From Klebsormidium nitens (lineage: Eukaryota; Plantae; Klebsormidiophyceae), in the NCBI GenBank assembly GCA_000708835.1, contig DF237606.1, positions 1-46,076 of the forward strand: a stretch of DNA of 46,076 bases. The letters run 5' to 3'. Under the pieces are notes generated by a model. The model did no database searches and was not told where the DNA came from. It saw nothing but the letters and a program-made list of their open reading frames with translations. Below are positions 36,883-46,076 of this stretch, one piece after another (the stretch's first letter is position 1; the number at the start of each line of letters is the position of its first letter). The position numbers and the translations under genes were made by a program.

Positions 36883-37689
36883 TGTTCACTTGCGTGCATC
36901 TAGTACTGAGACGGAACGGGTAGTTGGATGCTCGCGCGACGTTGACGACTGAATTTAATCTAGGGCCTGGTATCAGCATACGCAAAGTGTCGAATCAGTA
37001 GCTCCTCCTGGGAAGCCCAATCGTTTTTCAGTTGCCTCTGCTACTGGAAAGTCCACGTTTCCTGTGCGCTGCCAGCCTGCATACTGCGCCCAATAGTTGT
37101 TGTAGATCCCAAGCAGGCCCGCCGAGCGCAGGCTGCCACTGCCAGGTGCTTGACACAAGGCCATGGTTGATTTCAAATTGCTGGCGTGTCGGTGCCGTAC
37201 TTGTTCTCGTCTGCAGGCGGCACGCTCGCTACTAGCGCGACACATTGCACATAGAGCATTGTCACGACATACCCATCTGTTCTTAAGAACTCATGGGTGA
37301 AGGTATAAGCTGGCAATGCATGTCATGCATCCCTGCAGTAACAAGCATGCATGCCATATGGCAAGCTATAGGCGGCTTGAGCTGCAGCTATCCAGTACCC
37401 GCGGCAGTGCCATGCGGGTGGGGCAATATGACAAGCTATTTTCGAATGCTACACCACCGCCGCCTTTCAACTTGAGCCGCCTTCGGGGCACGCCTGTACA
37501 TGACCAGCTCGAAGCCCGGGCATCGCATGTGCTAATGATAACTTAGCACATGCCGTCTCCATTTCGGCGCACGTTATCCTGGTCCGTATTTAAAACACAT
37601 GATACTTTAGTGCTTATATGCACTGGCACGAGGATGCATCGGGCCGCATGAGGAACTTATCAGTCTCCGCGCGATATCGCAAATGTGGC

Positions 37690-38307
37690 ATGCATCCGGT
37701 TACCCCCGCGGCTGCCCCCCCGGCTGCGGCTCCAAGCAACCGCCCCAAACCCGCAGGCCCGGGGACCGTGGCAACCACGTCCACCGGCCCCCCCGCTAGC
37801 GCCGGGCCGCCCGCACAGCGCAGAGCGTCATACCCCACGGAGCATATCCTGGTGGTGAAAACGACTCGCCGGGACAGGTTCCTCACTGAGTTCAACACCC
37901 ACCTCAAGGATCCCCTCCTCGCCGCGGGTTTCGGCCGCCGCACGATCATGGACGTGGTCCAAACCTGGCGCCCGTTCACCAAACGCGGGTACCCAAAACG
38001 CACATGGGCGATGAGCTTCGGCTCGGTGGCAGACACGGATGCGGCATGGGCCAAGTACGAGCCCCTTAGGGAGGCAGTTTTCGCCCAGGGACTCCTCATT
38101 GAGAAGTGCATGCCCAAGGAGGAGGCGGCGCCGGCGAACGCGGCCGCGCATGTTCGCACCACCACCCAACACACTCAAGCTATTGCAGCGGCGGAGACAC
38201 TGGCGCCCACCGACAACGCGACCGGCCGTAATCTGACGCCGGACGACTTGCAGGACCTGGCCAGATTCCTCTGCGACCGCCTCATCAAGGGCAAGACCCA
38301 GGAGTAG
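37690..38307 (+). CDS. Intronless orphan ORF (205 aa) with Pro/Ala-rich N-terminus and predicted RRM-like core resembling retrotransposon ORF1/Gag
   Basis: GC-rich ORF in lower-GC flanks. TATA-like TATTTAAAA at 37587-37595 and AATAAA at 38464-38469. The core HILVVK...IMDVVQTWRPFTKRGYPKRTWAMSFGSVADTDAAWAKYEPLREAVFAQGLLIEKC shows a beta-alpha-beta-beta-alpha-beta pattern. The function is inferred. Confidence 0.6.
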   Translation: MHPVTPAAAPPAAAPSNRPKPAGPGTVATTSTGPPASAGPPAQRRASYPTEHILVVKTTRRDRFLTEFNTHLKDPLLAAGFGRRTIMDVVQTWRPFTKRGYPKRTWAMSFGSVADTDAAWAKYEPLREAVFAQGLLIEKCMPKEEAAPANAAAHVRTTTQHTQAIAAAETLAPTDNATGRNLTPDDLQDLARFLCDRLIKGKTQE

Positions 38308-39001
38308 AAATGCTTGTCTAGCATAAACAATTAGCCACGATCATTAGTCATCACGCCAACCGCCGTAGCCGTTTGCATAGCTTACAAAACATACTATACA
38401 TCCCATCCGTGTGCATGATTTGCTAAGTTGCAGTGTGTTAGTGTGCTGCTTGTTTTCTGTAGTAATAAACATTGGACATGACTTGCAGCCGTAGCAAGCT
38501 GCAGAGTCAATTCATTGTACCCCGGTCTCACCGGAGCATTGCCCGATGGCTCAACGTGGCCCAGGGTTTATAAGAACATGTGACCATCAAGCCTGGCCGC
38601 CGTCGAGCCTTACACGGTAACCAGATGTTGTCGCAACATAGTATGCGCTCCGCTCATATTGTGCAGGCTTCGCATCAATAATTGCAGCGAAGGTCTCGGC
38701 TTGTCTGCGCGGCATGGCCCCTATAACGAGAGCAGATGACAAGAATATTGGCGGAAAAGAATTTCTGATTTGACTTCAGATCCTGACTAAACTCGTTGAC
38801 TAGTCTACCGGAATTAGTTGGCTAACAGGTGACTCAAGACGAGCCTCATTTACTTGTAAGGATCAATCAAACACGGCACCTGCGTAAGAAAAACTTCACG
38901 GCTCCTCTCAACTTGGATTCTACTCTAGCTACACGCGGGCGGCATCAAGAGGTGCTGCCCAAAAGTCAGCATAACTTAGTAATTGACTCAACTCGGGCAA
39001 G

Positions 39002-42000
39002 CTACGCAATCTGGTGCACCCATATCGCGCTGATCTTGGGCGCTTGAGGCACACCCGTCGGGTACACTTGCAGGCTGAGGATTCCCTCGAGACCCACTTG
39101 GATGTAATTGGTGACGACCGGGGCCGCAGCGTAGCTTTTATGGCCCGCCTCCTTGAAGGGGTCGTAGCCCAGCACCAACCAGTCGCCGTTGTAGTTCAGG
39201 TTGAATGTCCGCTGGCCATCTCCTGTGACCAATCCCGGGCCGCCAGGTGGCTGCGGGCCGTACGAGATCTCGGCGAAGAAGGCGTCCGACTGCAGCAGGA
39301 CGAACTCGTAAGGCTCCCTTTATGTTCGAAGATTCGCTGGCTCGTACTACAAACTGGGCAGATCAGCGCGGTGGCTTCGGCTTCTCACACGCACAGGGGC
39401 AAATTATCAATGCGGAATGAGGGAGAAACACAGGGCAGATCTGTGACAGCCAGCCGTAAGCCATGACCATGTCCACCTACGTCACTTAACGATGCAGCCT
39501 TTGAGAATTCAACAGCACAACGGAGTCGAGCAGATGGTAGCAGCTCAGATCCAGAGTGCTCTTACGATAGCCCGCAACAGCCGCACGTCCTTGTTTCGAA
39601 AAGGTGATCTGCACAAAAACGCCCATACTCGCAGCTACTTGTTTTTGCTGTTCCAACAATACGTTTTTCGGCAATTCCGACATCAGGCCTTCTTACCTGG
39701 TACAGGCCGGGAGGCACGCGGAACTTGTACGTGTTGAACCCAATCCTCTCACAGCGGAAGATTGTCGGGTCGTTCGTCTGGCTGATGGGGAACGTGTCGT
39801 TCAGGCAGAAGGCGTACCCGCCCTGAGGCCCCTTGATGTTGGTGCGGCAGTAAGGGGAGTTTGCAGGGACCTGCGTAAGTGCAGAACAGAGTGGTCACGT
39901 CACGTGTTTGAATGAAGGTGATGAAGACTCCCGAGTGCTTTATTGCCGCGCTTGAGGAAGCTGAACAAACCGATCTTGGGAGTTCCCTGATCGAAGAAAG
40001 CCAAATAAACCAGAGAGGACCAACGCTGGGCCGGGTACCCCAAATCCCAACAAGGTAAACCCGGCCGAAAGCTTCAAGGTCCAGAATCGTTTCTGTACAG
40101 AATCGGACGCATTCCAGCTCAGAAGCTCTTTTCATCATACAAAAAAGGGTCTAAGCGTGGCCTTGGCAATCTGCAAAAGTCCACTCGCTGCTCAATCTTT
40201 ACGCAAACAGAATTCTTACGTTTCTGACCCACGCATGTTCCATTTGCTCAAAAAGCTTGTGGCCATCTGCATCGAAATGCAACTCACCACATTGCCCGGG
40301 TCGCACTCCACTGTATCGGCGTGGAACGTCACCCCGAAGGACGAGTTGTAGTCCTTGAAGTCCCCGCACACGACGGCGTAGCTGAACCCGCCCGGGGGAA
40401 GAGGGAAGGGCAGCTGAGGGATGGCTTGGGCGGGGCCGGGGGCAGGGGCAGTCAGAGCCGGAAGCTTAGGGAGGCTCGAAACTGCCGAACAGACGTTGAA
40501 AGGTTTAGGGTTCGGTTCGTGCTTCTGAGGGATATAGGTTTGGGCTGAGGGCACTCGGCATTGGAAGCTTCATGAACTGCGGCGGGTTAAAATTTGAAAC
40601 TAGAATGATTAGGGTTTTTTAGGTCTTCGGGTTTGGCTGGATGCAGGGGCAGTTAGGGCCGGCAAATTAGGGAGCTTTGCAGCTGCGGCGATAATCCGGG
40701 AGTTAAGAGAGACGTGTGTCAAAAGCGCTGGGCTTCTTGTCCGACAATTTGTGGGAGCTTCCGCTCGTCTCCTTGGCATCGGCGTCCTGTGTCTATCATT
40801 TTGCTTCAGATTCTGAAGCAGAAAGGAAAGATCTCTAAGAGAAGGAAAAGATACTGAAACAAACATAGGATGCAAGTGCGGGACTCTTCAACAGCCCCTA
40901 CTTAGGAGCTTTCGCTTTTTTGATTTTAGGTCAGCTTCCGCTCCTCTCCTTGCCGATTGCATCTTTTGTGACTCGATTCTGGTACAACATCCGCCGCAGA
41001 TGGAAAGACTACCAAAACAGAAAAAGCCATCTTCTAAGCACAAAACCCGGACCAGGATCCACCAATCAGCCTGACCAGTCGCAGAGGCAATGTCCTGGTC
41101 ATCTGAATAGAAGGGAAAGATAGGGCTTGGCTACTCCGAACTTCTTCTCGGACCCTCAGCGCCACTCGATGCACATTTCGCGTTTTGCTAGAACCAAGAT
41201 CAATCACAAAGGGCCATAAGGAAGGACCAGCACAAGCCGGCGCTCATTCTTCGTATGTACCAATCGCACTTGAACGCCCCAGGTGAAAGAACGTGCTGCT
41301 TTGTCAGCCTACTTGAAACAACAGCACAGACCGACAAAGTGCAGTACTTGACAGCGTGATACATAAGCCACCTCGCTGAATACAGAATCCCCCCGCTGGA
41401 CACTTGCCGGGCAGACTCCCATTTGCGTTTCCTGGGCCGATGAACAGCTTGCGGAGAAAGTAAGGGCAGCAAAAGCACGGAGTCCCAAGACAATACTCAC
41501 CGGTCAGATTCCCTGTTGCGGTAGCAAGGCCCGGGTGGATGAACAGCCCGTTGATGATCGGCTGCCCGACCACCGGCACGAGATCAATCTTCAACGTCCC
41601 TGACGTCACCACCACCTCCTTCTGAATCACGAGCGCCGTCCGGTTCCCCCCGCTCTGGTTGAAGATATCCAGGTTTGCAATCGCGAGCGCCCCCTGCAGG
41701 TTCACGCTAAAGACCCGCTGTCCGGACCCGACGCCCGGCTCGATCTCCGCGAACTGCAGGTCGACCGCGTACTGGCCGTTCGGGACCGGGATGTTGTACG
41801 ACACGGGGCCTTGGAGCGCGGTTGCATAGACAAAGTCGTCGATGCCGGTGCCGATGGGGAGGAACACCTGGTAGGGTGGGTACGAGCCGGTCGTGGACTG
41901 GGGGTTGAGGGCGACCACCCGGGAGTCGTTGGCGTTGTAGTAGGCGTCCTTCTGCAAGGGGTCAAGGTTTTGGGTTAGGCAGTGGTTACTGAGATCCGGT

Positions 42001-44958
42001 TTAGTAATAGCGTGGCTCGGAGGACATTCGGGAGTGGATACGTGGTTCAGATTCTGATCCAACAGGTGTTCAGCCGGTCTGATCAGATTGCCGGGCCTTT
42101 TAAGGAAACTGCCCTTACTTCGAATCAAGCCTCGCCTTTCTGGTTCACACCTAGGCAAGTTCTTGCGAGGAGCACATTCACTGGTGCTGAAAAAACAAGT
42201 AGAATCGTGCCTCTGGTGTAGTGCGGCTTCTAGATCACCGACGTGGACACCAGCTGTGTGTTAAATGCAAAGCGGACCCTATTACCATGCCGACGCCCTG
42301 TTTTGAAGCTTCCGTCCTCTGTGTTCTGCATGCAAGCGTGTCAGCATGTATTCTGTGATGATGAAAAGGCCTGCATGTGAGCCGAGTCTCAATTCAGTCT
42401 CGCAACCAAGAGCTCACCTTGTAAACTATTCCGAGGCCGCTAAGGACATCCATGATTGACCCCGAATCAATCCCCAGTGAGAAGTTGCCCGTGGCGTTCG
42501 TGTTGGGGTAGCATTTGATCCCCGACACAGTGGCGTTGGACTTCAGGCTCCCGAACAGCACGTCCCCCACAAACTCCAGCTTCAGCAGGCCGTTCGTTAC
42601 CGTGACCGGCTGCTTAACCACCAGCGGCACATTGTAACCGACCGTCGCGACCAAGTCTAACTGCATGACTGCGGGCACGTGGTTAATCTTAACCGTGAAG
42701 ATCCGCTGCGAAGGCTTGGAGAAGACAAACTCGCAGAGGTGGAGCTCGACGACGTACTCCCCATTGGGAACGTTGATGAGATACTGAAAGTCGTTTTCGG
42801 TTCTGCCGGTCAAGTAGAGCTGCGCATCGGGGCCCTTGTAGGTTACAGGCACCGGGTACAGCTGCTGAATCTCAACGGTGTTGTTGTCTGGGGTTGTGTT
42901 GGCGGCCAGGGTGTTATTGTCGGGGAGGGTGTTGTTCCGCACAACTGCCACGGTTGCGTTGGGAACGGCTGCGGCGGTTGCGTTGAGGAGGGTGGCATTT
43001 GCCGGGCGGGGGAGCGTGGCATTTGCCGCGGTTGTGTTCACTTGAAGGAGGTTCCTGCCGACCCGCGAAGTGATGTTTGCAGGGGCCGTCGCGGTGTTGT
43101 TGATGAACTGGAGGACTGTGATGGGGCCAGCATCGGTGGTGAAGAACTTGTCCCCCTCCCAGACAGACCCGTCCGCAGCTCTATACTCGCCCCCCCCGCA
43201 GTTGATGCTCCGCGCAGTTGGAGGTGGGGGAAGAGCGGTGAACTGGTCGTTGTCGTACACGCGGATGCCTCTGATAGACGGCTCATAGATCCGCGGCACG
43301 AGTGTGACCAGGAGCAGGCCGTTTGTGACTGTCACGTTCTGAGTGGTGGCAGTGACTGCCTTGTTCTTGGCGCCAGCCCAGGCAAAGGGGTCAAAGTAGG
43401 AGTAGGCCACCTTGCCCTGGTAGAGAATGTCGAACACCCTCTGGTTCGAGCCAGAGTACAAACTCTCCGCAGCAAGAAAGTCGACCGTGTAGATGCCGTT
43501 GGGGAGGTTGATGGCATATGCGAGATCCTGTGCCAGAGAGATAAACATCAGCAACTAGTGGAGGGGAGTTTTGATCAAATCTTGAACATGTTCTTGTAAT
43601 GCTGGCACCGCCTTGATTCACTCAAGGGAACACCAAATGACTATGTTTGGCCTTTTCAAACTGCTTACCTGTATCAGTCTCTGAGCTTTGCTGTCACATG
43701 AGTAGACTCTTAACGGTCAGACTTGACGCAAGCATACTCTTATTTATCGAGCAGGTTGTTACATCCAGCGAGATGGACATATGCAGGGCAAAAAAAGCTT
43801 CGGGCGGAATTCAGCGGTATAAAGGAATCAGAAGCACGTCAGCTCAATGTCGACCACAGTAGTTTTGACACAATAAGTGGTTATAGACTGGTAAACCACA
43901 GTTGTTACATGCAAAAAGCGATGGCTGACTTTGTATGCAGCATAGACATGGTCAGAGCTGCCTGAACAAGGACTAGGTCAAGCAGAAGTCGCATACTCTT
44001 GGTTTTGCACCACCGGATGAAATGTCACTGCAGACTTTTGGAAAAGCTGGCTTTATCTTAATCCCTAACCGGATGACACCACAGCTTTTGAGATGGTGTT
44101 GGCAAACATAGAGTGGACAACTTGAGGCATAGTTCAAGGGTTGACTTGCCATTGCGGCAGTGCAAGGTGGCATCCGGTAGAAAGACTCAACAACCAACTG
44201 TGCTCCTGTGATTAGCCAGCAGTTGATTTTGTCCAAATAATACGTCATCTAGACCTCCAAGAGCGCAACATTGCATAAAGCAACTACCTTTCTCCAGACT
44301 TTGTCAATTGCTCCAACGTCGATTCACCAGAACCAAAACAACAGCAGGTCAATCTTGTCTGTACTGACACGACAAGATGCCACTTACCAGACCATAACGC
44401 TCTGTGATAAAGATGTAGTCGTCACCATTGTAGGCATTCGTCTGCAGAAAGAAAAGACAACAGTGATGAAATCAGATCTTGGACTTTGGCATACCACACT
44501 GAGGAGCTATAGAAGATTTGCAGAAACACTCTCAATTATACTTGTAATGTATGAACGTCAGCATGCTAGCTTGGAGCCAAGTATTGAGCAAGTCCGGAAA
44601 TGGTCAAAAATAAAAGCCAAGAGAGAGGGCTACTCACAACGTTGATGTTAGTGGTGTCATTAAGTGTGCCATGCCCTATGTTCCAGTCTGTAACATGGTT
44701 GCTGCTTCCGTAATAGTAGCGATCTGTGACAAATGTTGTCGGCGGATTTGTCTTCTGATTCTTGTTCACCCAGACAAACTGGTTATTAGGGTCATAGATG
44801 GGACCTGGACCGTAGCTGACGCCATCGTAGTAGATAGGAAGACTTGGTTCCGCTGTTGTGTTTCCCCCACAATTGATCGCAACATAGACAGCAGACACAG
44901 ACTGGACAAGGAAGAATGCTGCGCATAGACAAGCCGCTGCATTCAGAGACCGCGCCAT
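39002..44958 (-). CDS. Secreted protein with four malectin carbohydrate-binding domains (about 844 aa, 7 exons)
   Basis: Exons 44958-44638, 44441-44388, 43527-42418, 41951-41501, 40424-40288, 39870-39697 and 39289-39002. Signal peptide MARSLNAAACLCAAFFLVQSVSA. Four repeats of (A/S)INCGG...(T)ERxG..F.Y.I.VPNG.Y.V.L.FAE...QRVF. No transmembrane segment or kinase before the stop codon. Confidence 0.88.
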
Positions 44959-45154
44959 CCCTGCTGCTGGACGTCCACAGCAGACACGGGCAATGCTGCC
45001 TCTTGCCACCACTCAAGGACGGCAGTTCAGCTCCCTACCACAGATTTCACTCTGGCCAATCTCAGATCTGTGCCATTGAAACTCAGCTCAAGCCCCGGAG
45101 TCAGACTCAGAGTCAGCGTCAGGGACGCTGCACAGATCCAGAGCGAGACGAGGA

Positions 45155-45413
45155 GTCGGCTCAAGCCGGAATCTGCACAAAATTTTGCCCTCTGGCTTTG
45201 AGCAGCAGGGGCCAGGGCGGCATTAAAAAGTTTGAAATTGTCGGCTCAAAGCCGGGTACTCCGGATTCCAGTCGGCTTATCAAGCTTTCACACCTATCCC
45301 TCCCCGGCTTCAACCCTGCAGCCTCAAATTATGGGCCGGCTTTAGCCGGGTACTTTTCATTTCAGTCGGCTTTTCAAAATATTGTACGGCCCCCCGCTCA
45401 TTTGTTCGCCGAC
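45155..45413. promoter_or_regulatory. Cluster of five GCCGAC (DRE/CRT core) motifs and three CGGCT-n-AGCCG mini-palindromes upstream of the malectin gene
   Basis: GTCGGC at 45155, 45240, 45271 and 45365, and GCCGAC at 45408. Palindromes at 45157-45168, 45242-45254 and 45336-45349. A regulatory role is inferred only. Confidence 0.35.
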
Positions 45414-45794
45414 CCCGGCAGTCCAGACTCCACATGATACCTATCGACATTGGCACCAGAGAGGAACGTCCCTAGCGAGTCTTCGGTCACAAGCATGACC
45501 GGTGTCAACGGGGAGTCCAGGGTGATCTGGATCACTCTGTGCTGGCACTTTTGCAGGTTTAAGGTAGAAGTATGGCATTCAACCGCCTGCAGAACCCTAG
45601 GTCACGTTTTGGGTCACGAAAGGCCCCAATCTTAACCAAATCGAGTCGAGTGTTTTGCATTGGGTTCGAGGCCCCAAGGGGGTCCTAGGACCCGGGTCTC
45701 GAGGTGTCTGGACCCCTCGAGCCACCCGCACCACCCGGGGAATCTTGGCTCTCTCAGAACTGGGGGGGGTCACATTCTATTTTTCGTAGCTCTC

Positions 45795-46076
45795 ATATGG
45801 CTGTACAAACGATGGCGGAAAGGGGCTTGGACGACCTCGGCCCATGCAGGGATATCACACATTTTCGGTGGGGAGGAACTGTAGTTGAAAATTGAGGTTT
45901 CCAATCACCCGTCTGTAAGAAACCCCTGACTTTTGCAGTTTTGGGGGGTTTCTTACCGACGGGTGACTGGAAACCTCAATTTTCAACTACAGTTCCTCCC
46001 CACCGAAAATGTGCGATATCCCTGCATGGGCCGAGGTCGTCCAAGCCCCTTTCCGCCATCGTTTGTACAGCCATAT
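45795..46076. repeat. Long near-perfect inverted repeat (132-bp arms, 18-bp loop), reaching the window end
   Basis: Arm 45795-45926 versus the reverse complement of 45945-46076 matches at 129/132 positions (mismatches at 45857, 45904 and 45914). Confidence 0.95.

Noticed and set aside
36973-37245. Minus-strand ORF containing GIYNNYWAQYAGWQ
   Set aside because: Protein-like but short and isolated, with no splice context or family that I can support.
40500-40620. Isolated TTTAGGG/TTAGGG telomere-like words (also near 31651)
   Set aside because: Single, non-tandem occurrences that are expected by chance.
33636-44958. Glycosyltransferase plus malectin lectin as a glyco-themed gene cluster
   Set aside because: Convergent orientation, an unrelated ORF between them and different expected compartments; no evidence of co-regulation.

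Overview
Eukaryotic, intron-rich nuclear DNA. It is most consistent with a streptophyte (charophyte, Klebsormidium-like) green alga. This is inferred from GT-AG introns with GTGAG/GTAAG donors and CTGAC/CTAAC branch points, a plastid transit peptide and a WRINKLED-type tandem AP2 gene. I assembled five spliced genes by hand with consistent reading phase: a conserved plastid protein (+, 1830-3883), a WRI1/basal-ANT-like double-AP2 transcription factor (+, about 8350-13274), WDR70/GAD-1 (-, 24755-30870), a DUF2064/TIGR04282 glycosyltransferase (+, 33636-36882) and a secreted protein with four malectin domains (-, 39002-44958). There are two intronless ORFs: an F-box-like protein (-, 20828-22294) and an orphan with an RRM/ORF1p-like core (+, 37690-38307). 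Mobile DNA includes a 1006-bp non-autonomous piggyBac-like element with TTAA target duplication and piggyBac-style end architecture, a Tc2/pogo-like MITE, a 9-bp-TSD MITE with a telomere-like interior, a probable decayed RPA70-like OB-fold gene, and a near-perfect 132-bp-arm hairpin that runs to the window end. Most ORFs in the supplied six-frame track are spurious (antisense or intronic). No rRNA, tRNA or CRISPR array was seen. All family calls come from recognising motifs by eye; no database searches were run.
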